64,000 nt of DNA from Lepidodermella squamata (GCA_047495785.1 JBLDXI010000042.1:1178001-1242000), one strand, 5' to 3'; shown: positions 37,381-50,400, counted from the first letter of the stretch. A program made the numbers and translations. Notes: generated by a model not told the origin, from the sequence alone.

Positions 37381-38340
37381 ATGACATATTTGGTTCTAGC
37401 CATTATCATCACCGCCTGTGCTGCTGCCGCAGCCTGCCCAGCTACTACGACTACATCGCCCTGTCCGAATTCTGCGAGAGCTGAAAGTTCACCTGGAACT
37501 TGCCCGAATGGCCAGAGCTGTCTCACAACGTCGAACCCGTGTCCCATCGGTAAAAGTTGCCTCGCCACAGCAGCGACTTGCGCAACAGGTCAGAGCTGCC
37601 AAAGTACATCTAATCCATGCCCAAGTGGCCAGAGCTGCCTTGCGCCAACGGTCTGCTCAACCCCAGTGAGTCATGCTTTTACGGGGGAAAATGAGAGCAT
37701 ATCATTTCTGTATAGCCAACATTCAAGCTGTGCAAAATACCGGCGACTACAGGCGGCGCTGGTGTTCAACAGGCCAATGTTCAGTTCTGCACCTCACTCG
37801 CAGTAGAATGCAATGCATACATTTCTACTGGCGTAGCTGTGAGCTTATTGCTGTGATTGTGATGGATATCATTTTGATTGTTGAAACTTCTTCAGGCTAG
37901 CGCAGCAAATTATCCAACTTTCAAGGAATGCTGCGCTGCTTTGACCCCTTCAACCGATATCAAGTATACCAACATTCCGAATCAATCCGATGGCCGGGCG
38001 GGAGTTACGGTCTGTGTTGCAGCTTTAACCTCAATACCCTACATCATCTATAGTTCGAACGTCGATGGTTATGGCAGTTCTACCTGCTCGAATTTCCCTC
38101 ATACCGCCAGCTCAGATAGTAATGTTCAAGTCACCCAAACACTGGTAAACTATATCCGCGAACATTCTAAAATAACTGTAGTAATCTTTTGTCATTATCA
38201 AGCCAATCACTTACGGCTCCACTTACGCAGCTGCAACGTATGCGGAATGCTGCGCCCTTCTAGCTAAAAATACTCTAACATTCGAAACGGGTTCGTTTTA
38301 TGGCGTGTCGGGTCTTGAGTCCTGTTACATCAGCGAATGA
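37381..38340 (+). CDS. Secreted Cys/Thr/Pro-repeat protein B, ~264 aa; exons 37381-37665, 37716-37838, 37896-38144, 38203-38340
   Basis: Paralog of A with the same exon structure and 4 repeats. Confidence 0.85.
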
Positions 38341-38941
38341 AGGAAACTCCGATAATCAATGGTCAACAACCGGCGAACGATCATGTTTGATATCTCACAT
38401 GTTTGCTTAGCGAATCAATACATGTCAGATGTGTGAGACAAAACCGAATAACTCTTACGCCTGATAATTTGACTTTTCGCTGAATTTTTTGTCATCTGAA
38501 AAATAACTTGACTCTGATTGTTTGAGAAATTTTTATGAATAATGTGAAAATCGTCATTTTTCAAGGCTATTAAACAGACAACAGACTGATTTTGTTCAAC
38601 CTTCATCATCACACCAGATTCTACTTTGAATTTGCCACTTTCGCACAGGCCTTTCACGGATCAAGGAGCCCTATAATGCTTTCAACATTGATTACAACAT
38701 TTCCAGATGGCTTCAAACTTCAGTCAATTGGACGAAACCAATAATTATTGAAAAATAATGAACCCAAACAGAGTTTTGAAAGCAAATTAAAGTCTATCTT
38801 TTGGTTCCATCGACATTTCTGCCAGGATATTCTGGAAGTTTAAATTATTTTAATTGTAAACAGTTTCAAAATTATCCATACTTAAAGGCAACGCTAATGG
38901 CAGCGTAAAAGCTCAAATACATACAAGTACTCAGTTTCCTC

Positions 38942-39510
38942 AGAAATGGGTGCTTAACAAGTGGTTCAGAGCTCGGGGGAAATTTGTGCATAGGCCTTGC
39001 TAGAGGCCTGTGCCTGTTCCATACTCAGCTGCAGATTTCAACGTTCCTAAATGGCTTCAAGCTTCGAACGAATGGATGAAACAAATAAAGAGGGGAAAAT
39101 TGTGAATCTAAACTCAACACTGGGTTTTTTGAATCCAAGCTTTGTCGCACCTTTGGTTTTACCCCTATACGCAGAGGTCGTCTGAGATTTCGGGACTTAC
39201 CGGAAAAACCTAAATTTCAACCAGTCACGTTAAAGCTCATCATGCTGTCGTAGTAGTAATTTTTGCGTAAATTACACAACCCACTACGTCAAGTTTAAGT
39301 TGTAGGTTGTACACACATAGGCATACGAAATTTGAAACAATCAACTCGTGATGTGGCAGTGAGAAGATTGGCACCTTGAATGCAATGCTTGTATGAGCTC
39401 GGGGCCAGTTTTGCATAGACCTTGCACTAAGCCCAAGCCTGTTCCCTACTCATTTGCAGATTTCAACGTTCCAAAATAGATTGAACTTCCAAACTGAAGG
39501 ATGAAGCAAA
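38942..39510 (+). pseudogene. Two short degenerate remnants of the P4H-7 3' end (38942-39090 and 39395-39510)
   Basis: gaaatgggtgcttaacaagtggttcagagctcgggg (KWVLNKWFRARG) followed by a stop; the second copy gagctcggggccagttttgcatagacc has a frameshift. Confidence 0.7.
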
Positions 39511-40607
39511 TGAAGAGGGGGAAATAGGGGAAATCCTCACGGAGTTTCAATAGAAATTCAAAAGCCTCGCGTCATTTCTTTCTTATTCCGTATTCCGTAT
39601 TATCCTTATATTATCCTCGGGTCTCGAGATAGATGTTTCAGGACTTTTCAGAAACCGTCTGAATGATTCCAGGCTGAGAGTTCAATTTTAGTCAACGTGA
39701 TGCTTTCGTAGTAGTAAATTATGCGTAAATGACACAACCTACTGCGTCAACTTTAAGTTGTAGATTGTACGCACGTGAGTCAACTTCCATTCATTGATGT
39801 GTGTGTGTGAGATTGATTACACTCAGCTTTGAATGTGTGTTGCATCGTGTGGCTTCGAGTTTTGCCAACTTGCTGCCACCTTTTCCACTTGCAATTTGAA
39901 ACATAGATATGACCAAACGGTTGAACGCGGAAAAGCTATGGTTAACATATATCTTTAACGTCGTTGAATAACTTGGATTTGGACTTTTGGGCTCGGATTT
40001 TTCGTCAGTTTCAATCTGGCAGTGTTTTAAAGGTGAATGAAAAGAAGCAAAGCAAAGGTCTTTTAATTTCAACATATGTCAGCTTTTCACTGACTCTAAA
40101 AAGCCTAAATCTACGATGCCACCGACCGTCAGATTTAGCGGCAATCTCAACGTCTTCTTTTATTTCGGTTGATTAGTTTGGCTGAGAGTCTGATATCTAA
40201 TTCGGGCTTGAATTCAGGGTGCGAAGTACAGGATGTTAAGCGTCGCGATACCGCAGCTCTGGGACCCCAGAATCTGAAGGCTGAAGGTACTCCCATTTCC
40301 TTCGTCGCACACTGCTTTAATTCAACGGTCATTTTCTTGATTAATCATTCTCTTTAATTCACATTTCTTGGGCGATAACTTGGGCATCAGTTAGCTTGGA
40401 ATTTGCCTCAAAACCCTCCAGATATCATCGTCGTCAACATCAAATGCGGCGTTGGGACGACTGACGATAAAAATCTACGCGCTTCAAAATGCTGGTAATA
40501 TCTAGGCCGCGGCGGAAATTGATCATGGATCAGGTCAATTTTTCCGGTCGACATCGAAGCCTCGACAAAGTTAAGTTATCGTCGCCTCGAACTTTCCTAG
40601 ATCATCA

Positions 40608-40845
40608 GGATCATCGGTCGCCTTGGTTAAATCGAGTCTGGAATCTGGAAACGTAAAACAATTATTCTTGCCGCGAAGAAAGCCTCTCAAACCGATTGAC
40701 AGTCAGCTTGATCTCCCAAACGCTTGATTTGTATCCGAAAGCGGCTGAAGGGCGATCGGCTTGAGTGGCTTTCTTGAGTGGCAACAATAATTGTTTCAAG
40801 TTTCCAGATTCCAGACTCGAGATAACCCAGGCGACTGATGATCTA
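40608..40845. repeat. Imperfect inverted repeat with ~95-bp arms
   Basis: gatcatcggtcgccttggttaaatcgagtctggaatctggaaac... pairs with ...gtttccagattccagactcgagataacccaggcgactgatgatc. A related single arm lies at ~44770-44880. Confidence 0.7.
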
Positions 40846-41689
40846 TAGAGGCTTGATATCACCGTGCTGTTCCGTGCAATAATTGAATTAGTTAGCATGG
40901 AGAAATGAAATTTCCCTCTCTCTGGATTCCGACTGCTAATTTGGCTGCGCTTTGCACTTGTACTGAACGTGTGCTCATGTCTACATGTAAGGAAACGTGT
41001 TTACACAAAACGTACCGGCTGACAAAACGCACTTTTCACTTTTTACCCATCAAGTCATCGCCGCAAGCTCGAGAAAAAGTCAAATGATGCTGGACGCGTG
41101 TTGAAATTTTTTCAGGTAATTGAAGCCAACAAATTATTCCAAGTTGCGCAGGTTTTTGTCAGTTCTTGTGAGAAAGAGTCAATGGATGCTGGATGCGTAT
41201 TGCACGTCCAATGGTAATTAACGAGCATCGTTTAAACGTTCAACTGTGTGCGCATAACATCGCCGGACGAGGGCGTATGTGCGCAACACCGACAATTATA
41301 ATCAAACTACTGCTAAGAAAGTAGGGGAAAAAATGAAAAAAATAAAATAAAATTAGCATTTGGACACCGCACATCGGCCTTCATCAAGCGCACCAAGTTC
41401 ATCGAGTGAAGTATCAGCGCTACAGCTATAAAAGCGACTTAAATTAAGCCAATTCGGAGAGAATGTATATTCTGGCAAAATAAATTGAGGTTTGAACTTC
41501 GGCGCTGGTATTCAATCTTCTCTGAACTCTGAATCTTTTGATTGTGTTTTTGCAAGTGTTCCTCTAAATGGTCGGGTTCAGCAGGAAACTGTACAAACTT
41601 CGCGTGATATTATATGTCTGAATCTTCATTTTTGCGATATCATGATGGATTTTGTTATGAAGCCTAATAGGAGAATTATCTCATTGTAA

Positions 41690-42817
41690 ATGGAATATTT
41701 TGCTCTAACCATTCTCATCACCGCATGTGCCGTTGTCACAGCTTGCCCAGCCACCACGACTACAACGCCCTGCCCGAATTCTGCGAGGGCCGAAATTTCA
41801 CCTGGAACTTGCCCGAATGGCCAGAGCTGTCTTGCTACGGCGAACCCATGTCCAAGCGGTCAAAGTTGCCTCTCAACAGCAGCGACTTGCGCAACCGGCC
41901 AGAGCTGCCTGAGTACATCCAATCCGTGCCCAAGTGGTCAGAGCTGCCTAGCGACGTCCAATCCATGCCAAAGCGGCCAGAGCTGTTTTACCACGTCCAA
42001 CCCTTGTCCAAGCGGTCAAAGCTGCCTCGCATCAGCAGCAGCGACTTGCGCATCCGGTCAGAGCTGCCAAAGCACGGCTAACCCATGCCCAAGCGGTCAG
42101 AGCTGCCTCGCGCCCACAGTCTGCCCTGCCGCGGTAAGCCACGCCTGCGACGCGGTACATGAATTATGAATTCCTTTTTAGCCGGCTTTCAAGCTGTGCA
42201 AAATACCGGAGACTATGGGTGGCGCTGGTGTAAAACAGAAAAATGTTCAGTTCTGCACCTCACTCGCAGTTGAATGCAACGCCTACATAGACAGTGGAGT
42301 CGCTGTGAGCTTACTGCTGTGATGATTGAGATTTATATCATTTTGAATGTTCGAAATTTCTTCAGGCTAGTGCGGCTACCTATCCAACTTTCGCTGCATG
42401 CTGCGCAGCATTGACTCCTTCGACCGATATTAAGTTCACCGCCATTCCGAGTCAACCAGATGGCCGCTTGGCAGTAACGGTATGTGTTGCAGCTGTGACT
42501 TCAACTCCCTACGTCATAATGAGTAGTAACATCGATGGTCGTGGCGCGGCCATGTGCGTGAATTTCCCTCATAGCGTGGACCCTGACGTTTTTGTGCAAG
42601 TCACTCAAACATTGGTAAACTATTGCTATTGCCCCGAACATTCTCAATTCACTTAACGAACATTATTGTCGTTATCAAGACTCTCACATACGGCACCACT
42701 TACGCGGGTGCAACATTTGCGGAATGCTGCGCCCTTCTCGCTAAAAAGTCCGTTTATTTCGGAAACGGCAGCGCATATGGCTTGTATCTGCTTGATATCT
42801 GTCAACTCAACACATAA
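41690..42817 (+). CDS. Secreted Cys/Thr/Pro-repeat protein C, ~317 aa; exons 41690-42133, 42182-42304, 42366-42614, 42680-42817
   Basis: Paralog of A and B with 8 GQSC repeats and the same downstream exon sizes. Confidence 0.85.
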
Positions 42818-44177
42818 ATGATCAATTATCAACAACCGGCGAATGCTGTAAATTATAAATAGTTAATATTAACAATGACAACAAACTCCAAACTTTTGTT
42901 TCGATTCTGATATTTTCCGGTATTTTACTGTCGCTTGCCAGCCATTCTTCCGAGACCAGCAATATTTGGTTCCTAAGGAGTGATTGCGTGGAACAAATTA
43001 GATATTTTACGCCGACAGCTGAATCCTCTGATTTCATCATGGTTAAGTAACTGCTTGAAGCTTGAAATAAATATGATTTATAGGTTTTGAGCTTTGAGCT
43101 TCAAGGATACCGATTCCTGTCAAGCATTTATATTAACAAAATATGCGCGGAATTGATCATAGAAAATCCATCAGATACAGGATGGTGCCAACCACGTACC
43201 GTTCGAAAGCTGAAGGCTGCTGATTGCCAATACTTGAGACCATTGACCAAATTTGTTTGATTTTCAAATAGTCGGCAATAGTCTTGATAGGATAAGACAG
43301 AGAACGCTTGAACGCATGAACGCAGAAGAGGGGAATTCAAAACTTTGGTTCCAAGAGTGATTGCGTTGAAGAAAGAAACCACTGATATTCTACTCAACAA
43401 GTTGAAACCTAAGATTTCATCAATATAGAGGAGAACCTTGGAAAATGGAATATTTATAACACTACCTTACCTTGCTTAAATGTCTCACTTCGAGTGCAAA
43501 ATGTGCATTGAAGAGCTTTTACGATGTATCATGCCTACCAGTCTCAACGGGAAGAGAGTAGAGCTCCATAGTCTTTGCGGCCTTGCCTATAGATAAAAAA
43601 AGCTCGGCCTGTTCTGGCAGTTTCAAATAAATTCATTTCAAATAAAAAAATAATCGAAATTTTACACCTCGGATTATCAATTTTCAGATCTGGTAAACTT
43701 GCTAAAATGACGCTTTATCAAGTACAATGCCATTTCGGGTCAAAAATCTGGCCGGGAGCCAGTTGATATAACATGAACTACGAGCTATCTATCGTTTTTG
43801 GTAGGTAACTGTTGTTTGCTTCATTTAAAACTAAAGGCTTATGTGCTAGTAACTAACAAATCTTATGCCTGATGTGATTTTTAAGCGGAATTTGTTCAGT
43901 AAAAATAAAAAGCATTAATTAGAGTGCTGCAAGTTAGCCTCATTACGATCGTCCACAGCATGACTGTTTTTTATTAATAATCTGAAAATGGAAATCTTTC
44001 TCGAGGGCATTTTGATGTGTAATTACGATCAAGATCAACCTTAACGAATTCTATGAACGCAGGATGACACAATTGCATTTACCGATCTGAGGAAAAGCCT
44101 TTAGGCTGTTACACATGTCATTCTCAACGTGAGAAGCGCCAGAGGATCCGGACTACGGCGACCGAGTACCTCAACGA

Positions 44178-44684
44178 CTCCTTACGAGGTTCGCCTTGGC
44201 AAATTGCGTAGGCTTGAATCGAGTTTAGTTCCTTCGCTTTCTGGGCCTGAACTTCGACTGGTGCAGCATTAAGAGTGGTGCCATTAAGTTCCAAGTAGCT
44301 TCTGATTCTGCGGTCATTAATATTCTTCAACGCCTTCATCCAAAAAAACTCGAACTGGTTCCGCTAAATTTGGCTGGGAAAGAAGAAGCCGGATAAGGAA
44401 TTCAACCTCCTCAATATTGTCGGTTGTCGGATTTTTCGATGCTGAGCTCGGTTAAATCAAGGAATAAATCCACTGGATCAACATGTGTAATGTGTAGGCT
44501 GCCTTGCTTCAATCGAGGGGTTGTAGTGCTTCCAAGCTTTCACAGCCCATTCAAAGCCGGTTTTAAACTGGCCAGAAACTTGGTAGGATCGAGCTCTTTT
44601 GAGAGCTTCAGTGGTATCATCACATTTAAAGAGTTTGGAAGCTATGAAGATCGTGATGACTAGTATAATCCTTACGTGTGGCAT
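44178..44684 (-). pseudogene. Inverted, 3'-truncated, frameshifted copy of the 5' half of P4H-7
   Basis: MPHVRIILVITIFIASKL... matches P4H-7. A small insertion (cctacacattacacatgttg vs cctacaaatgttg) shifts the frame. Similarity ends after GEPRK. Confidence 0.85.
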
Positions 44685-45657
44685 TTAAACATGTGTTCGT
44701 GAGTGCGAGAAGAGACTCGTAAAGTATAAACATTTCTCTATGCTAACTGATGCAATTATTGCAAGGTGATCAAGCCTCAAGATCATCAATCACCTTGGTT
44801 AATTCGAGTGTGGAAACGAGAAACCCTTGTTGCCTCGAGGGAAGCCACTCAAATCGATCGTCAGTCAGCCGGTTTCGCACACAAATCAAAGCTTCAACAT
44901 CAAATGCGGCGTTTATAAGGCTGACAAAAAATACATCGAAGCCTCGAAATAAGCTATCGTCGCCTCGAACTTTGCTATGGCTATCTTTGAATTCCTGCTT
45001 CTGGTTAAAATCCCGATCTCAATCGCGACGGCAAGTGATTTCAACCACCTCGTTGTCAAATTTTCTTTTCTTCACGTGAAATTGCTTTGAAGTAAAATTG
45101 ATATTATGCCTGTTATTGTGACTTTCCTGGGATTCTCAAGAAAATGCGTTATCTGTAGGGTTTTAAGGCTAATTCCAACGTTGTGGTTCCAGAGCTGCGA
45201 TTTCGCGACACTTAGCATCCCTGTACTTTGCACCCTGAATAAGACAGCAAAACTAATCAACCAAAATAGAAGAAAACGCTAAGATTGCTGCTAAATCTGA
45301 CGATCGGTGGTATTGTTGAATAACTCGGTTTTAGGCTTGTTCAAGCCAGTGAAAAGGTGAAATTTTAAAATTCTTTTGTTTTGCCACTCTTCATTCACGT
45401 GCTCGTATCATTCTTTCGAATTTCAAGTGACAAGTGAGGCAGCAGGTTGGCAAAACTCGAAGCCACACGATGCAACACTCATTCAAAGTTATCTCATGCA
45501 AGCCTTACTTTCAAGGTGCCAATCTTCTCACACACATCAATGAATGAAAGTCAAGGCTGCCACATCGCGAGTTGATTCACGTGTGTAATGTGTACAACCT
45601 AAAACTTAAACATGACGTAGTAGGTTGTGTCATTTACGCTTTACGCATAATTTACTA

Positions 45658-47428
45658 CAGTGCTCCCTCGTTAGTGGCACCCTCCTTAAAAGAACTCCCT
45701 CGTTTATAGACCGTAATTTTGGACCCTGCTAAATAAATTATTTGTAAATTTTTAATTAAACAAAAAATAATTATTCGATAAATTAAAAGAATTAAGCGTG
45801 AAAAATTAAAATAATAAAGCGTTCCTGGAAACCTAATAGCGGCGCGGTGTCGTGGTTTTGAGAGATCCAGTTATTTCAAGGTTAGTTCAAACGAGTTGAA
45901 ATATAAGCAGTGCATTAAGCTGTTCTTGTGGCTTTGAAATGACTGTGATTATGCAACAGAGTGCGTGGATTAGCTGCCACTCAAGTCGTGCTGCGAGTCG
46001 TCTTGCTTTTTCGTTAAACTTTTCCATCAGAAATTACGCCAGTTTATCAGACAAAATCAGCAATTCATTTCACCAACTATAAGAATGCCCGTCAATCTTC
46101 TATCTTCTTGATTTGCAGATTTTTCCTCAGGTCAATTGCTGATCAACTAAAAGACTCATCTGGATTGCCCTTATTTTCATTTTTTAGCTTTTTCCCGGCC
46201 AGAAAATCTCTTGAAATCTACCGGCATTATTAGTATGATCAAATTAGGATATAAATCGTGTTTTTTAAGAAAGTTTTCGCCTATTTTGTTCCCGGCTGTG
46301 TTGCGTAATCATGAAGAATCACGTCCTTGTTTTAAGATTTATTTTAATTCCGATACGTGGATTTATTCTCATAAAATTAGATCGTTTTCATTCGTTCCAG
46401 TTGTCCTAAGTTATCGGAATTATTAGCCGATTTTCGATAGTCTATAGGCCTGATCTACCACGAAACTGGCTGCCACTACTCTACAATTTCATTGCTCAAC
46501 GCCCTGGCAATTTTCCGGGTTTTTTCACAACTGTTAATCATTCGATTTTGACTTTGAAAATCGCAACATCCCGAGGAGGGGCGGCGGGAGCTTCTGCCCG
46601 ATTTTGTACCTTGCTCTGATCCTAATAGGCCAGTCGATGCAAATCAGATCACGCCTGAGAAGATACAAATTTATTCCATTCAATCTAAACACCTATCGAA
46701 TCGTACCCTCTTGACGGAAACGCACGTCTTATGGCTTGAAATTGGTCCGTGATTGCTCAATGCCATGAATTTAAAAAAGAAAAAGTCAGGTTAACCGCGA
46801 AATAATTATCGAAAATACATATTTCATCATAATTTTTTCAAATTTCATATTAATTAGTATTTTTTTTTAAATAATTCTACGAATTTTAGGCGAAGCATGA
46901 GTTCTGAATTGAACGCTGCATTGTCTTGAGAAGGTTAGGCTGAATTTGCTGGTGATTTATTCAGAAGTATTCTGGTCAATCTTGACCAAGGTGATTGATT
47001 GTTTAAGCTGTGATTTTGAATGAATTTTTTTGCGATTTTAATCAGACTAGCTGGCTAATTGAAGTACATTGAAATAATGCGATTCCAGCTTCTGTTTTTA
47101 TAGTGAGTTCGTTAATCCCAGGCAGGACTGAAAATCAGAGTTAAAACAATGGCTAACCAGTCAAATCACGCCTTAACTAAGGAAAGAAAAAATTGTCGAC
47201 GAATTTATGACTCATCGCGTTATTGTTTAACAACCTTCAGCGAGCAAATTTTGCAATTACACATAATCTGTGTCCGTCTCTTTTAGCGCTTTGCTATGGC
47301 AACTGTCTTAAGACTTAGAAACGGTCTATTTTTAGCTCCTGCATTCAATTACAGCCCTCGTTATAGCTTTCCCTTGTTTAAAGACCGCGTCTGGCTCCCG
47401 ACCCAGTGCTTTTATCGAGGGAGCACTG
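45658..47428. mobile_element. Tc1/mariner-pogo-type non-autonomous DNA transposon, 1771 bp
   Basis: TIR CAGTGCTCCCTCG at both ends, TA at 45656-57 and 47429-30. The paralogous empty site (reverse complement of ~39702-39725) reads cgcataatttactactacgaaagc with one fewer TA. No intact transposase ORF. Confidence 0.88.
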
Positions 47429-50400
47429 TACTACGAAAGCATCATGAGCTTGAACTTGATTGGAATTGAATTCAGCCGAATAATCCCGATAGTTGACAAC
47501 ATCATTTACACATTGAGATCCAACAACCCAGCTGTCCTTAAGCCAGCCATCCACCTCCGCCTAAAATGAAACTGAATATGTATGTACATATTTTAGCTTT
47601 TACGCATTGCCTTTAACTTTAACCATCAATAATAATGAATCTGTTTACAACTAAAATCATTAAGACTTATTCCGAAAAGCCTCGAAACCACAGACGACAG
47701 TTTTCTTGTAGAAATCCCACGACAACCATGGTATATGTCGATAGAACCAAAAGATGGACTTGATGGGGGCGCGACTCTGGGAGTTCCGAAGGAACGCCAG
47801 TTCCTTTACGCGTGTTTTACACATACGCCGTAGATTACCACGAACGAAGTGAGATTTCATCCCAACAGGGGGGCCCGAGAACGCGTTGGTTAACAGGACA
47901 TACTCCGATCGACTTGCCCGATTTATGGTGGTATCCTGGACCCCTCAGGACCTCCCAGAAACTTTTTCAGCTCAATCGGACCTTCCGTTGATTTTCTAGA
48001 AATTAGGACGGTTTTTTCTTATTTTACCGTATTTTTTGGTCACGTGACCTGAAATGGGTAGTATATGAGGGGACAGTAGGAGGATATGATAGGTACACCA
48101 AAAAACAAACCACGCTGACCAAAGCTTCCCAGCCAGCTGACAGGCTGGCCCCTCGCCCCTGGGGGAGAGGGGCCCACAATAGATCAACAATGCAAGCTCG
48201 CGACTAAAGAGCAAACGACAAAAAGGCAATATAAATAAAATGCAAGGTCAATTGAAAAGACGTGAGGCAAATAAATTGTGAATTATGCATTTAAAGCAAC
48301 AGAATTACCCGTAATCGACTACGGAGAATCCGAATACGACATTCATTTTGTTAAAGCAATGATAATCCAATGATAATCACTTCAACAAATTTCGCGCTCG
48401 AGCAGCTGCGTTACGGACTACGGAGAATCCGAATATGACATTTATTTCATTATCGAAATATGATAACCCATGATAACCCTTCAAACCATTTTCGCCCTCC
48501 TTTTACCCACTTTCGCCGCGCCACTTGCGTATTTTCACCACGAGTTGCGTATCTTTCACCACCTAACAACTTACGACGCATCACTGTTGAGGTAAGAAAC
48601 TTCGAACAAGCACTTCAAATTATGCGCCACATCGACCCATCGACATCGAGCTGCGTATCGCTGAGGACCATCTCATCATTGTTGTAAATTCAGTCATTCA
48701 TGTACACTGATGATTGTTATACGTTATACGTATGTGTTCCTTGTGATATGAGTTCTTTGAGAACCTTGTGGAATATGTGTTAAACGTGATTCACCACAAA
48801 AGATCCGCCTTGAAACACAGCTAACTTACACTGCCTTTTTGTGTCCATTGCCATAGAAGGTGCATTTTGCACATTAATCTATGGGTTTACCCGTAATCGA
48901 CTACGGAGAATCCGAATATGACATCCATTTTATTATAAAGCAATCCTAACCCCATGATAATCCTTCCAATAATTTTCCAAAAATGTTCCGGCTCGCGCGG
49001 CTGCGCCGCACTCGCTGAAAGAGTTGCGTAACTTTAACCACCTTACAACTTAACGAATCCTCACCGATGAGGTAAGAAACTTGCAAGTGTGAATATGCAC
49101 AGTTTCACATAGCAAAAACCAGCAAGTTGGACATGGCACCCCATTAAAAAACCAAATTAGCCAAATTAGCTGAACATGTTCTTTACGAAGAAATGTTTCA
49201 TATTTCGACGTTTTCGTCATCAACAATTTTTTATATTATTTAATTCAACCCTGCTTGATATTTTACAAACATTATTCGAAACTTCTAAGAAAGGTCCATA
49301 AAGTTTCACATTTCACAAAATGCATTTTTATTTTTCATTCATGCTACTACGAAGTACTAATGATAGCGCGGTACAATAACAAACACGTTGACATATGATA
49401 TCTCAACGAAGCCGTCATTCACCAGATCTGGATACGGAATCCTCGCCACTTAATTCAACGTTGATTAATATTTTGCAAACATTTTTCGAAACTTTTAAGT
49501 ATCCCAGTAGGGTCCAAAAAGTTCAACATTTCCCTTGACAATACCCTCGGGAAGTAGCTGTAGCGCTGTGTTACCCCGATTAATTTTTACAACAACCTCT
49601 CGAAACTTCGAAACTTTAGCTCAAACCTTCTTGTTTTGTTCTTTTTGCGTTCTCGTCATCAGTGACATGGATTCTACCAATTCATGTCATTCAATTGTTA
49701 CCCTGATTGTTTTTTTACAACAAACTCTCGAAACTTCGAAACTTCAAAACATGGTCGTGGGTTCGAACCAGATCTCTCCTTTTTCTACTCATCAATTTGT
49801 TCTTCAACCTGCACGCATTCGTTGTTGGCGTTTTCGTCATCAGCTACATCGATTCTACCAATTCATGTCATTCAATTGTTAACTCGATTTTACAACATCT
49901 TCTCGAAATTTTATGAAAGCGAATAAATGTTCAACTACTCTTTAACGTGCATTCTTCTCTAAATATTTCCAAGCCATTCAAAAATACGTTGGACGGTTCC
50001 TGAGCGAACCCGAAATTACTACTTATCTATAAACACCTAATCCGGAGAACATTCAAATTTACAATTCAATTTCATGTTTCATCAACATTGGGGTGAGGGG
50101 GAAGCACCGTCCCCTCCAACGACGTGGAGGGGATCTCGTAGGGGTGGTTCGAGTCCGTACCCATTACCCAGGAGAGTAGAGAAAAAGAAAGAAAAGGCTA
50201 GCGCAGCGTAAGCCTTGTCGAACTCTCCTGGATGGGGGCGCGATATGAGAGTTCCGAAGGAACGTAGTTCCTTACAAGTGTTTTACACATACGCCGTAGA
50301 TTACCACGAACGAAGTGAGATACCTTCCGAAAGGCACCCCCCGGGAACGAGTTGGTTAATAGGACATACTCAGATCAACTTACCCGATTTATGGTGGTAT

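Noticed and set aside
45658-47428. Autonomous transposase in the TA-flanked element
   Set aside because: No long ORF or recognisable DDE/D motif was seen.
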